Of a stretch of 64,000 nucleotides of DNA, positions 38,115 to 52,560 are shown piece by piece. Numbering within the stretch: the stretch's first letter is position 1; every line of letters begins with the position of its first letter. The position numbers and the translations under genes are program-made. Where the stretch lies: positions 73,470,001 through 73,534,000 of the forward strand of contig OZ024746.1 in the NCBI GenBank assembly GCA_964016885.1, read 5' to 3'. The DNA is from Eledone cirrhosa. Taxonomy: Eukaryota. The notes below the pieces were generated by a model that ran no database searches, was not told the origin of the DNA, and saw nothing but the letters and a program-made list of their open reading frames with translations.

Positions 38115-39300
38115 AATTAAAGATAATATCCCTAACATTTTTTTTACTATCCTAGAGAAAAACTTCCCGCCAAACCATAAATACCATCAAATTTTAAATA
38201 GATCAACTGTCAAATTTTCCTACTCCACTACCAAAAATATACAACAAAATATAAGTGCGTACAATGCATATAAATGTAAAAAAAAAACACGAATATACCA
38301 CCAACACATCAAACCAACCATAATACTAAAATAAACTGCAACAAACCACCATCTTCACATATAACAAGTTGAGTAAATTCCACACCAAATTTGACTAACT
38401 CCCCTGATATAATATTCACGAATGGTTATAACTGTAGAAACAAAAGAAATTGCCCATTAAAGGGAAATTGTCTTATTAATAACATAGTCTATAAGTGTAA
38501 AATTAGCACTAAGGACTCAACTTATTCTAACCAATTTAAAGTAAGATTTAATACCCACAAACATAGTTTTAAAAATGCTGCATTAGCTAATACAACATCC
38601 TTGGCTGAAACAATTAATAATTATAGAAACAAGAATATCGATTACAACCTGACTTGGAGTGTGCTCAAAGAGGCCACTCCTTATCAAAATAACAGATATG
38701 AGTATAGATTATGCTCCCAGGAACTTTTTGAAATAATGAAATCTAAGGATATCCTATTAAATAAGCGACAAGAATTAATTACATCTTGCAATCATAGAAT
38801 TAGAAGAACTTTCAAATATTATATATCTAATTAATATACACCTTACACTTATATTTTACATATTATTATAATAAGTTTTTTTAATTTAGTTAACCTATAA
38901 TTAGTATTTTACTACAGAGAACTTCATAATTTTATTTCCCTCCTACAGCTCTCTTTTCCTAAAATTAATACCTAAAAGTATACATATAAACTATTTTAAT
39001 TTCCTGTTATGAATCTAGATTCCTTGTAGTCTATATAAGATTGGTATTTCTCACTAATACATTTATCCCAAAATTTTATTTTCCTTCGTTTTTAACAACA
39101 TTCTTTAATAACATCTAATTCTTATTTATCACATCCATATGAATTAATATAAATCTATCCCTATAAGTATACCTATCAATCAATTTAATTTCTTATTATA
39201 GATCTAAATTCCTTGTGTTTTAAATAAGATTGGTATTTCTCACTAACACTTTTACCCTAAAATTTTATTCTTCTTCGGTTTAAATATACAATATTTCATT
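38115..39300 (+). mobile_element. Second Penelope-like element fragment
   Basis: KNFPPNHKYHQILNRSTVKFSYS then NCRNKRNCPLKGNCL..VYKC..FKVRFNTHK..W..PY..LC..LLNKRQE..CNH; the YIG segment is deleted. Confidence 0.85.
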
Positions 39301-39601
39301 AGCATTATTCTTCACCGGCTTGACCTCTTTTCATCCCCAAAGTATTCTTTTCATTCAAAGTATTCTTTCCATTCAAAACTTAAGTCTGCATTCCTCTACC
39401 CATAAATTAAATTTCTACTACTACTATTCTATCAACTTGACCTCTTACTACTTTTCTATTGGTCAATTCAAAACCTGTTCCCAAACAGATCTATTATATT
39501 AAATCTTTGTTGGTTTTTTTCAATATCATTAAAGTACCAGTAATGTACTGGATAAATACTGGCCTTGTGCCAAAAGTAGAAACAATTATTTCTGAAGACA
39601 G

Positions 39602-39792
39602 AGCGGTGAATTGGCAGTATCGGTAGAGGGTCTGACGCCATGCTTTGGCGCATAGAGTTACGACCCTTGCCATTCTGAGTTCAAATCCCGCCGAGGTTAA
39701 CTTTGCCTTTCATCCTTACGGGGTCGATAAAATAAAGTACCAGTAATACACTGGGTATTTGCTGGCCTTGTGCCAAAAGTAGAAACAATTAT
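39602..39792 (+). mobile_element. Full-length tRNA-derived SINE
   Basis: Same family; flanked by repeated TTTCTGAAGACAG. Confidence 0.88.
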
Positions 39793-39980
39793 TTCTGAAG
39801 ACAGCATATATATATATGTGAAGGTATGTATATTTCCTCTGATAGTTTGTAAAATGTTTACATAGATCTATATGATATACATACCAACACATACATATAT
39901 ATCCCAGAAAGGATCGTAAAATGATGAATTTTTTTAATATAAGGAACTTGTTCTTTGTTTTTATTCAGTTTTTATTAATT

Positions 39981-40021
<41 letters not shown>

Positions 40022-40351
40022 AAAAGGTAAACAGAAATAACAACACAATCGGTACAGTATATGGAATTGATATATTAGGTTAACGCTTGATATAGCAAGA
40101 AGAGGGTCTTAATATATAGTAGTGTATGCATGGTCTCGTAACTGAGGAGTCGTTGGGCCACCGTATTGACATACATCGTCACACACGGATATATGTATGC
40201 ATGCATTCACACACACACAATAAATCTTAACGATTTCTATTGAAATTAGTTTGCTCGATTGCGAGTTATTTCCCTTAGACTATCAAGCTGTAATCGCCAT
40301 CTCGACATGTGCTTCTTTACAATATGATTTAACTTAAGGTTTACATTGAAA

Positions 40352-40387
40352 ATGGCTGGACACTTCCGGCGTATTATCGCAACTAAA
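40352..40387 (+). CDS. RARS2: RARS2 first coding exon
   Basis: aaaATGG start; MAGHFRRIIATK|gtaag resembles the recalled vertebrate RARS2 N-terminus (MACGFRRAIA); locally CpG-richer. Confidence 0.8.
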
Positions 40388-42136
40388 GTAAGTTTTTATA
40401 TTTTCTTAAAAGTCAGAAATGAAAACTATGTACTGATGTATGGAACTGTTATTGTTATTATAATTGTAGATTATATGCCGCGTGTCGTTGAAAACCGATT
40501 TTCAATTGTAAACATTCTTCTTCCCAATTATCGCTAAAGCCTTTGAGAAATGAGAAGAATGAATGTTATAATATCGTAATTTTATTTTAGGTAAGTCTCA
40601 AACCCTGTTCCTATGTAGCACATCGTTAGCGGAAGAAGAGTATATTAGTCATTCTTGAAGACCTACGATAAACTGTAAACATTCCATCTAAATTTAATAT
40701 ATTGTATATTTAGAACTAGATTGCCCAGTGTTTCTTTCATTTTTAAAAAATATGAGGTATAATTTAAAGAGAGACTTAGCTGTCATTTCTAGCGGGATGA
40801 ACGGTCATGTAGAGGCCCCTTTGTTGGCATATATTCTTTATTACGAAGGATGTGTCTTCAACGAACCAGCTTTTATGCTTGTTTGTATTCGTTTGTCTTT
40901 CATTGCTAATTCTCTTGAGCAGTAGACAAATATCACCATATCTGAGTACTTTCATAAAATCCTTAGATTTATGACAATATATAAAGGCATTTATCTAGTT
41001 AGTTTATTTACTTTTATACGAACCGTCGGTTTGACTAAGGATTCTTCGTATACTGTCTTTCAATCTTAATTTCTCGTAAGTTTTCCCTAACCCACCTATT
41101 ATATGATTTCCTGACAAATGCCCTTTCTGTCTGCTGCGTATAGTTTTGTAAAACTAAAGCCTTTATTTACAGAACTTTGCACAAACGACGGTAAGGTCAT
41201 TAGTCAGGAAACCTCATAATAATGTATGCATGAGCCCGTAACTCCTGATTGGGTCGTTGAACATATTAAACCTATCCCTCGCTCCGTCTGAATACTACCT
41301 ATTTCTTCCATGGAAAAATAATAAAAAGAAGAGAGTGGGGAAGAATTGACCCTAGCACAAGACTGGTATTTTTTTTTTATTGAGCTCGAGAGGATGAAAG
41401 GAAAAGTTGACTTCGGCGAGATTTGAACTCAGAGCACAGAGATCCGACATGAATATCACAAAGCATTATATCCGATATTGTAACGACTGCCAATTCTCCG
41501 CATCCTCATAATAATGATTTCTACTAAATGCACAAGGCCAGTAATTTGGAGGGCAAAGGAAAATCGGTTAAATCGACTCTAATACCTGGCATATACTTTA
41601 TCTTATCAACACCGGAAGAATGGAAGCCAAAGTTGACCTTGGTGGGATTTGAACTGAGAATGTTAAAAGCCGGCACAAATATCTCACTATATTTCGTCTG
41701 ACATTAACTACTCTGTCAATCTACCAGTAATGAGAAGTTAAGAGTTTTAGAGTAAACTGATGATGTTTGGTACAGAATGGGACTATAATGACTGTTTACT
41801 TCGACAAAATATCACCACGTCTGATTATTACTCTGATTGTGAATGTACTTCTTGTGAGTGCTTGGTTATTCCAGCGCCTTAGCCACGCTATCACTCGCTG
41901 CAATAATGCTTGCCTCAGAATTATTAAATGGAGGCTCCAGCGTTGCTTGTTGTGGTGTATGATTGAGTGTGCAGCTCTTCTCTCGCACCTTTTTCTTTTT
42001 TTTTTTCTTCCATATTATTCAATCTCCTTTTTTTCCTACTGTATATATCTGCACAGTAATTTAATTATGTAAATGTTCAGCATTTAAAGTTATTTCGAGT
42101 TGAAAATATGTAATAAAACACTAAGGGGCGACGTCC

Positions 42137-42447
42137 ATACTCAAATCGCCACGCAAAACGTCAAAATGACGTTTTGAACGTGACCCACCCACCCAGTACC
42201 GAAAACGTCAAGCGTGACAAAGATGAAAAACACTCATAAAAACCCTCAATTGAAAACCCAAAAACAAATTTCAGGGGGAGGGGGGCACATAAGGCTAAAT
42301 AAAATGGCAGAATACGTTGGCTGTTGACAGGCGCTTGTTGGAAGTGAGCCAAAGTTCTTAATTTATGATTATACGCAAAACGTCACAATCTTTTCTCAAA
42401 ATCCACCCAAAACATCATTTTGACGTTTTGGGTGGCAATTTGAGTAT
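42137..42447. mobile_element. MITE with about 40-bp terminal inverted repeats
   Basis: ATACTCAAATCGCCACGCAAAACGTCAAAATGACGTTTTG matches the reverse complement of the right end with few mismatches. Confidence 0.8.
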
Positions 42448-43610
42448 TTCTCCTGTAATAGAAGGTTGTTGTGCCAGAGGTTAGCAACTTCTCATTAGAA
42501 AATCTATATTACTTAAAGTATCTAGGATAGTACAATGTACCATATAACATGGAAAAGAAACTAGGAAGATAATTATATATATATAGAGAGAGAGATCTGT
42601 AAAATCATGACCGCAGCCCCAAGCAATTTCGGCTTGTGTGTAACACAAGCCAAAGCCGCCAAACACTGCAGTTGGGATTTTACATATCTCTATACCCACT
42701 CTGCATACCCCCATGCATTGAGTACTCCCATGATTAGTAGCCTCCTCTGTCTCAGCACTGCACACACTCGGTTGTTAAACGATGATGAAGATGATATATA
42801 TATATCATCATCATCATCATCATCGTTTAACATCCATCTTCCACACTAGCATGGGTTAGATGGGATTGTCCCACTTGAGGCAAGATTGCTTGGGTGACTG
42901 TGTCTCGCTCGTATAGCACTATATCCAGCAGGTTTTCTACGACTGGATGCCCTTCGTAACACTAACCACATTTACAGTGTGGACTGGGAGCCTTTTTACC
43001 GTGTCTCCTACACAACCACTTTACAGCGTGGACTGGGTGCTTTTTGTCGTGACACCTACATGATCACTTTACAGTGTATATATATATATATATGTATGTA
43101 TTTGTATGAGTGTGTGTTATGTATATGTATGTGTGTGTGTTATGTATATGTATGTGTGTGTGTGTGTGTGTGTCATAACTGGCAAATTGGCATAGTCATT
43201 AGAATGTTGGATAGAATGTTTTATGGTATTCGTTTGGCTCTCTGCTATCTTAGTTCAAATCCCACTGAGGTTAACTTTGCCTTTCATCCATTTGATGTTG
43301 ATAAAAAAAAGTGCCAGTTTAGTACTGAGGTCAATTCTTCCTCTGTATTTCTTTCTCACTTACTTTCTCCCACTCTCTATCCTTCTCTGAAAGCAATCTA
43401 TATTCAGACTTGGAGAAGAGATGGGCTCCGCCAGGTTTTAAAATGCCCTAAAAATGCTGTACATGCCCTTACAACTCATTTAGGAGTTATGGGACTATAC
43501 ATATATATGCGATTATTTAAAATAAATAATTAGTATCATTGTATGACAATTACTTTAATGATTAATATCTATTGGACATTATCATATTTTATATTTCTTC
43601 ATTCTCTTAG

Positions 43611-43720
43611 TTGTACCAATCATTTAGTCAGTCAGGTTTGCTGCCCAAATCTCAAAAAACCAGTTTTACTGAGAAAATAGCATCATTGGTGAAAGTGAAG
43701 AAAATATCCAAACATCACAA
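43611..43720 (+). CDS. RARS2: RARS2 coding exon 2
   Basis: ttag|LYQSFSQSGLLPKSQKTSFTEKIASLVKVKKISKHH|gtaag; open frame, phase fits; weakly conserved region. Confidence 0.7.
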
Positions 43721-45485
43721 GTAAGTTACATTTTATTTGTATTGAAACAAGTTATAATGATACTCCCTCTGTCATTCAATCAACTGTATAGTTGTATTGT
43801 TGGTGTGATATATTTAGTGGATGTTTGTATATACAAGATGGCCTAGTTAACAATGTATTGGTTTACATACTCATAGATTATGAGATCAAGTCAGATGTTG
43901 GTGATTTGTTGTTTTACTGAACAAAAACACCTCATTCTCCATTGCTTCATTTCACCTAGAGAAATAACTACCATATTGTGTGGGAATATTCAGAATTGAT
44001 ATCTCTGGCATCATGCTGTACTGCAGGAGACCCGCCTTCCTATATGCACAAAATGAAATGAAGCAAATATGTAGAAGACACAATTGTCTGTACCAATCTT
44101 CTTTTCACCCCTCCCCATTCACTCTCCCTAATCTTAATACCTGCTCTCGTTAGCTAAATATCCCATGCACCTCCTCATCATCGAACTTGCTTACTTGGTC
44201 TTCCCCTCCAAACCCTACCCCTTAATACACCTTGCCTGCCCAACCCATGCATACAAACATGAAAGCTGGACATGCTTTGCATCTGATCACCCACAATGCT
44301 GTTACCCTGAGAAAGCACTAAGTCCACCCTGTATGCTGATCTGGTGCCACAACAGCAAAAACACCCAGTCCATCTTGTAAGGTGGTTGTGATGGTGACAT
44401 GAGAAAAAGGACCCTGTCCGTCCTATAAGGTGTTCATGCTGGTGACACAACAAAAATCACCCAGTCCACGCTGTTAAATGGGTTTTTTGGTGCCACGATA
44501 AAAAAGCATCCAGTCTACACTGTAACAGGTTGCCCATGGGAAGGTCATCCAGCTGTAGAAACCAAGCCAAAATATAGATCCATATGAGCAAGACATGAAT
44601 TGTCTCATAACATGACAATCCATCTAACCCATAGAAGCATGGGAAATGATGATGATGACATAGTGGCATCAAGGAGACATTCAACAAAAGTGGTTAAGGT
44701 ACCTTTGATCAAGGTTGACTTTGGGCAAAATAACAACTTCTTGGAATGTTAACTTATGACAGATTGGCATTTTGTCCAGAGAAATATCTATTACTTAATC
44801 TTTTTGACACCAAACTGCTTGAAACTGTCCCTAGTTTGATGATACAATTTTTTTTTATTTTAAAGTTTATATTTATCTAAAAAATGTGTCATCCAAATTT
44901 TATGTAAAGTTGTTAAAAAAATCAACTCTATAATAAATTCTTAATTATTGTCAAAACTACTTGAAAATTGGAGGCAGTGTCTTTTATTAGAAATATGGTA
45001 ATGAAATTAGTGTAGAGAATTGAGGACAAAGAATCTTCTATGTAGCAGTTCGAGGTGCTAGAAATAGCAGCTAAATCTCCCTTATGTCACACTCTACCAT
45101 CTTAAAAGCGGAAGAACACATGGGATAATCTAGTCCTAGATACAGTGTCTGAATGGTTGCAAATGGCTGTGGGTGGTTACAACTGAAATGCCTTTGATTA
45201 ATCAGGACAGACTTAGAGCTAAACAACAACAATTACATTTGGGAATGTTAAAGGTAAATAGATCTGTCAGTTTTGGTAATGAGTTTTCCAGTTGATCTAC
45301 CAACTGAAGGACTTACTCATAAAATTAATGTATGAAGTGCTTGAGTACTCCACAGATATGTGCACCCTTCTTGGAATTTTTACATTACAAAATATTTTTC
45401 TGTCTTTATATATATATATATTAGCGTGGATGATGGACGTTAAATGATGACGATGATGATAATTTAGTTTCATTTCATTACTTAG

Positions 45486-45600
45486 CCTGGAAACTGGTCA
45501 GTTCTTGATTAATTCTCAACATCTAAGCAGCCTCCTGAAAGACAATAGTTCTTATCCCAACAATAAGCTAACTGATCAAATACAAAATTGCTTGGTTACG
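45486..45600 (+). CDS. RARS2: RARS2 coding exon 3
   Basis: ttag|LETGQFLINSQHLSSLLKDNSSYPNNKLTDQIQNCLVT|gtaata; phase 2 to 0 fits. Confidence 0.68.
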
Positions 45601-46172
45601 GTAATATTTTTTTTTAGTTTCTCATTTTTTTTTCCATGTTTATAATTTTGGTGTTGTTTTTTTGTTTGATATCTTTTCAAAATTCTTTGTTTTAACGTTT
45701 CTTAGAGATTTGATGACTGAATTTTATCAATTTATGACAAGGGATATAATATTAATTTAGTGATCTTAGATTATATGTTTTATATATATATATAGTACCA
45801 ACACAGTGTAGTTATGAATAAATATGTATTTGAAGTTGCCATTGACCAATGGCAACTTCTTTTACCATCATTTAAGGGTCTTCACCCTATCTTATAAGCT
45901 ATTTTATAGCATCTCCATGCATCTTTATATTAACTTGATATTCTCAGCACTTAGTCTGAGAGATCAGCTACATATCTTCCTTGTATAATTATTTTACACC
46001 GAGTTACAGATACCTCATTCTCACTGCCAGAAATTCAGTGAACTAGTGATCTGCCCATTAGAAACTTTTAACCAACAACACTATTGTTCACTAATTGTGG
46101 TGTAACATAAATATATAAATTATTGTTTCTTAAACAATTCATCACCTAAAATTGGGCTACCTCTTGTTTTAG

Positions 46173-46253
46173 GACACATCTTGTAAAGAACTTGAAATCA
46201 CTTTCAATGGTAAATTCTTGGACTTCACATTTGATCCAACCAATATTACTGAG
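46173..46253 (+). CDS. RARS2: RARS2 coding exon 4
   Basis: ttag|DTSCKELEITFNGKFLDFTFDPTNITE|gttag. Confidence 0.72.
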
Positions 46254-47372
46254 GTTAGTCTGGATTTTTATTAAATTATTATTTATTTATTTATGCTCTC
46301 TATATTTTATCTATCCAAATATGGTTAGGAAAATTGTTATTGTTGTTTAGCCACAAGTCAGTCTTCATTGAGCTGATATATGATCATGGATGTTTCATTC
46401 ACTACCATTTTGTTTTTGTATGATAATATGCATCCAATATACTCTCTAATGTGGCTGGTATTATAAAGAGCTTTCAGCCATAGAAATTATACCCAAAAGG
46501 GTTGAGATGACCCTCCAATCATGACATAACAACTCCTTTAGTGCTGTTGCCACGAAAAATGCACCCAGTACGCCCTGTAAAGTCGTTGTTGATAGGAAGG
46601 GCATATAGCTGTAGAAACCATGCCAAAAAGAGTTGTGAGGCCTCTTCAGTTGTGTCAAAGGGCCAACATCCTCTCTAATATTGTGGATCTACATGATAAA
46701 CACACTTAGTACACTTGGTAATAGGAAGGTTATCCAGCAATAGAAATCCTGCCAAACAAAGGGTTGGGATGACTCTTCAGTTGTGTCAGAGACATGACAA
46801 CCTTTTTACTGCTGGTGCCATGGCACAAATGCATCTAGTTTATTCTGTAAAGTACAGGAACATATATGCTAGCCTAGTAACTCTGATTAAATGCTGATGT
46901 GGTCTGTGATGATGCATCCAATCCTTGCTAGCAGGGAAAATGGATGTTTGCTGGTGGTCAGTGGAAAGGTTGGTAGCTACAAGGTGATGGCAGAGGAGAT
47001 TGTTAACAATGTTTTTCCATCATTTTAGAGATGTTAAAGTAGTGGGGATAATAGATTTGTTTATTTGAAATATGACATATTGTATCTTTTCATAGACTGT
47101 TGAAATATGTAGAGCTTGAATAATAAAATAGCTTATGACAGGGCTTCACATCATCATCATTGTTTAATGTCCACTTTTCCTTGCTTGCATGGGTTAAACA
47201 GGTTCTCATGTTATCAGATCTGTATTTTGGCTTGGTTTCTATGGCTGGATGCTTTTCCCAACACCAACCACATTACATTCTACCACACTTCCAATTCTAC
47301 TGTCGACCACTCTGTTATATAGAAATAATCAATGAACTATTTATAGGCTAAATGTTTTCTCTCTATTGTCAG

Positions 47373-47467
47373 GTGGTACTGTCTAGTGTATATAATGAAG
47401 CTAATAGGTATGGCTTTACTAGTCATCTTCATCAGTCAAAGAAGCTGACAGTTGTGATAGAATACAG
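47373..47467 (+). CDS. RARS2: RARS2 coding exon 5
   Basis: cag|VVLSSVYNEANRYGFTSHLHQSKKLTVVIEY|gtaag; leads into the SSPN motif. Confidence 0.88.
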
Positions 47468-47986
47468 GTAAGCTGTTTATTTAATCTAGTATCATCAGTC
47501 TTTTTATCTGTTTTTCCATGCTTGCATGGGTTGGTCGGGTTTTCACCAGCACAACCTCTCTCCACTTATTGTGTTCCTTTGTCATTTCCTCTGTTTCGGT
47601 GTTTTGAGAACCACTCTCACCACTTCTGTCCAGATTTTCCTTAGCCTTACTCTACTGCATCTTCCTTCCACTGGGAGCTCCTGGCACTTCTTCACCCAAG
47701 GATCATGCTCCATGTACGTCATATGACCATACCAGCTGTCTTCTCTCTTGCACACTACATTTGATTTTTCTTATACCCTCTATTATTTTCGCTCATCCAT
47801 ACTTTGCCATTCAAGCATTTTAACATCACTCATCCATAAACCGGTTCCTTGATTTACAAACTTTGTTCTCTCTCTTTCTCTTTAAAAATAATAATTATGT
47901 AAAACCATATTTAGTAATTACTTTAATATATATATATATTAAATATATATATATATAACACATATATAAAAATAAGTTGGAAATGA

Positions 47987-48187
<201 letters not shown>

Positions 48188-49151
48188 TAAAATATGTAGG
48201 GCTTGAAATATTTGAGCACTATAATGCTGCAATTACTTGGATATATAGGTGTATGCTGTGTATATGTGGAAATCATAATCATCATTTTATGTCCATTTTT
48301 CCATATTTGCATGGGTTGGACAGGTCGTTTCCAGCATAGCCACCTTCTGCTCATAGTCTTCCTTCATCATGTTCTCTGCGAGATACAGCATGTTAAGATC
48401 AGCTCTAACCATCTCTGCCCAGGTTTTACTTAGTTTTCTTTTACTGCAGCTTCCTTCCACTGGTATCTTCTAGCACTTTTTAATTGAGTGCTCATCATCC
48501 ACATGCATCACATGTCTATACCAGCACAGTATTCTATCTTACACACTACATCTGATTCCTCTTATATGCAGTTTTTCTCTCAGTTTATCCACACCACATC
48601 ATTCAGGCATAACAGAGCATGCTTGTTTCTTTACTCTCTAGCCTCTGTATATTCTCTGCATTTACCACCCATATATTTGTGTGTTTGTGAAAGTGTTTCT
48701 ATTTGTGCGTGCTGTTTATCTAACTGTTATATAATAATAATAATTGTTTCTACTTTAGGCATAAGGCAAGCAATTTGGGGTGAGGGGAAAGTCAATTAAA
48801 TTGGCCCCAATGGTGCTTTATTTTATCGACCCCGTAACGATGAAAGCAAAGCTAACCTCAGCAGGATTTGAACACAGAATGTAAAGGGTCATAACTCTAT
48901 GCCATGATGCAGGTTGTCCGATGCTCATTGATACTGCTGATCTACCATCATTAAAATAATAACAATAACCATTACCACTATTATAAAGCATAAGAATTGT
49001 TGTTGGACAAAAAGCTATGTTACTATTTAGTTGTTGTTTAGCCCCAGGTCAGCCATGATTCAACATTGATCAAGATAGATAGTTAAATAAATAGATCATC
49101 ATAGATTGATCAGTCAATCTGGGCCAATATCATTTTGTTTTATACTGACAG

Positions 49152-49228
49152 GTCTTCTGGCTGCAGGTTACCAACAATATGGCTGTGAAAGCAAATTGCT
49201 AACTGATCCTCTCCATCATTTGTTTGAG
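49152..49228 (+). CDS. RARS2: RARS2 coding exon 7
   Basis: cag|LLAAGYQQYGCESKLLTDPLHHLFE|gtcag. Confidence 0.92.
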
Positions 49229-50352
49229 GTCAGTATACTATTAAATTTTACTCATCACTTCCTGACCATTACAGTATGAGCTCAAAGTATGTTAAAAGAG
49301 CAGCATTATGCACAGAAACATACATTCATACCACTGTCTCTCTCGTTCACACACTAATACACACACATACTCTTTCTCTCTCTCTCTCGCACAAACACTC
49401 ACATCATCTTCACACTCATATGCACACAGATTGTAGATAAAAGTCAACTAAGAAAGAATCTCTATGTGATTCCTGGACCTGCTAGAAATAGCAGCCAAAT
49501 TTTTCTCAAATCCCAACTTACCATTTTGAAATAAGGAAGAACACTTTGGATGACGTAGTTCTAATATGAATAAAGATGTGATGGACATGGCCAGAACATC
49601 TTTTTGTTTATAGGTCTCCTAGGTCATGTCTGACTTGAGGGCTAAACAACAACACACATTCATTGAAGTATACTTACACACACAAAATAGTCTAAATCTA
49701 AGGTTTCCGATTTCTGAATATGTAAATAGTTATTTAAGTAATGTCTTAGATCTCCAAGGCACTCTGTAATTCAGACTGTAATGTCTTTGAAATAGTTACC
49801 TATGTAATCCCATTGCCACCATCACCACTACACTCATCATCATCATCAAATGTTTGAGCCTCTATGCTGGTCATTCAGCCTGGAAGAAAGTACACATTGA
49901 AAAATGTACTCCTAGATATACAATGTCTGACAAAAAAGAAAGATAAGTTGGTCAAAGTTGGAATGCCTTTGATCATATGACTATTGGATTAGAGTTAAGC
50001 TGAAGTTAAACAAGTTGAAATTCATTTGATGTGATGTCTTTTAAATAGTGAATTATGCAAACTGACGACCATCATCGTCATCATCATCATCATAACCATA
50101 ATCATCATCATCATAATCATAATCATCATCATTATCAAAGTTAATAGAAATAGAAGTAAAAGTAAGGGGAGAGATAAAGATTAGGACAAAATGGAAAAAA
50201 GTGTTAATTGACCTACAAACCTAACCCCTACTTTTTAAGGAAAAATGGCCATAAAATGTTTGTTGTTGTATACATAATAAATTAACCTCTTGTGTGTGTG
50301 GAAGTGTGTAATTTCTAAAATATATCATCTATATTTATGTGTACATTTATAG

Positions 50353-50464
50353 GTCTATGTGAAAGTAAACCAAGATGCTGCCCAAGAAATTGTTACGAAA
50401 CAGTTTGAAGATTCCCAGAGTCTGTTTAACCGAAGTCGAGAAATCTTCCAAAATATGGAAAAAG
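50353..50464 (+). CDS. RARS2: RARS2 coding exon 8
   Basis: tag|VYVKVNQDAAQEIVTKQFEDSQSLFNRSREIFQNMEK|gt. Confidence 0.88.
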
Positions 50465-50847
50465 GTTAAAACCATATGTTAAGTATCCTAATTTTAGAAT
50501 AATTAATAATTTGAAATAAATACTTGAAAGTTCTTCATTAGTTAATTGAAATATGATGTATTTTATTAGAAATACAGTGACTTGACAATGGATTAAGTCT
50601 ACCATCAAAGATCAGTTAGTCTGTCTGTCAGTTTGAACAGTGTTTCTTCTATCTAATTTTACTCACAGGTTTTGGGGATCACCTGAGACTATGGTAGAAA
50701 ACACTTTCCAAGGAGCTAAGTGATTCCAAAGCTAACTTTCTAACTACATGGACATGTCATAATTAATTTAATAAATATTCTATCAATTTACTTGAACCTT
50801 TTAGTTGTTATTTTTTTCATTATTTATTTATTTATATATTCCTCTAG

Positions 50848-50921
50848 GTGAACAAAAAAGTCTGGATCTTTGGAAACAATTTCGAGACTTGAGTATTGAA
50901 GAATATCATAAAATATACAAG
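50848..50921 (+). CDS. RARS2: RARS2 coding exon 9 (GC donor)
   Basis: tag|EQKSLDLWKQFRDLSIEEYHKIYK|gcaggt; frame requires the GC donor. Confidence 0.88.
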
Positions 50922-52560
50922 GCAGGTCCTTACTGGTATTAAGTGTATCTTTCCTCTTTAGAGTTCCCACTCCTTACTTTCTTTCTCATTTTCAAACCCT
51001 CTTTCTTTTAATCTCTCTCTTTCTGCACCCAACTCTTGATGTTTCTTTCTCTTTTCATCTCTTTGTCTTACTTTATATGCCTCCAATTGTTACACATACA
51101 TACATTTATCTGTGTGATATCTAGTTTGTGAGATATTCATGTATTTCATATCCTCTACTGTAATTCTAATTACTTAGTGATATACTTCTATATAGGAAGG
51201 GCATCCATCTGTAGAGACCATACCAGAAAAGCATTAAGAAGTTCCTTCAGTTGTGTCAAGAGCACAACAACCTCTCTAGTTTTGGAGATCTACATGATAA
51301 ATGCATGTAAAACACTCTGTTAAATGGTTGGTGGTAGGAAGGGCATCTAGCCATTGAAAACTTGCTAAACAAAGGGTCAGGAGCATGCTTCAGTTGTGTC
51401 AAAGATATGACAACGGCTCTTTCCATTCTGAGTTCAAATCTCGCCGAGGTCAGCTTTGCCTTTCATCCTTATGGGATCGATAAAATAAAGTACCAGTAAT
51501 GCACTGGGGTCAATTTAATTGGCTTTCCCCTCCCCCAAAATTGCTGGCCTTGTGCCTATAGTAGAAACAATATTTTGGGCTATTATTTAATGTTGAATTA
51601 AATAAACTATTTAGGACTTCTCAAGTGATGTAAATATTCAAAAGAGGTTTCTTCTCTAGAGATAGGTTAATTGTTTGAATGGTTATAATTATATTAGAAA
51701 TAACAAATATCAGATGCAACATGCTGCAACATGTTCTCCACCTCCAACCTAGTCATTTTGGCCACAAAACCCCGGTTCTGCAGTCCATATATTTGACTGC
51801 TGCTTCTTTGCACCGGTCGCCGTTGAGATCTTAGGTGTCCTCAGATCCTCAGACCCTGTACAACTGACCTCTTCTGTAAAATCAAAATGACAGCAGCTCA
51901 TCTGAGAAAGGAGCCTCGCAAGGTGGGGTCGCTGTTGCAGTTAGTGTTGCTGGCTATTGTCTTCGAAAATGCCATTACCATTTTGTCTGTGGGACACAGC
52001 TGAAACACCATTTTTACTTAGGTATAAAGTCAGTCACCCTCTCCTCTTTTCCCTTTCTTTCTTTCATTGTTTAAAAATCCTTACCCTTTTCATTCTTTAC
52101 CTCTCAGTTATAGATGTTTTCAATGCTAATTTCTTTTTCTATATGTTTGACTAGATTATTATTTGTATGTAATTTGAAAATGATGGGCAGTATCTTTTAT
52201 ATAGAGAAATAAACTAAACATATAACAAACAACAAAAAATTTGTGTATTTATTTGAAGTTACAAAAAAAAAAAAAAGAAGAAATTAAACATTTAGTGATA
52301 CTTCTGAGATGCTTCTTGCAACTTTGTGAAATTCATTTTTCTACATTTGTGTGTATCCAATTTAGAATAGGTATATCATATCCCTGCATGTTGTAAAAAG
52401 TGACTAAAAGTTTCAGGGTCAGGAAGGGCATCTGGCTTTAAAATATTGCTTTAAAAAGTCCCATGTAAAAGTTGATGTAAAAATGACGATATCTTGAGAT
52501 CTCTCTGTCCACCATAAATCATCTCAGCTAATAGAATCTGATGTTTTTTTCTGATTCCAG

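Noticed and set aside
40255-40360. Defined RARS2 promoter elements (YY1-like CGCCATCT and AAAATGGC, GTTATTTCCCTT)
   Set aside because: Plausible location, but short motifs cannot be supported without TSS data
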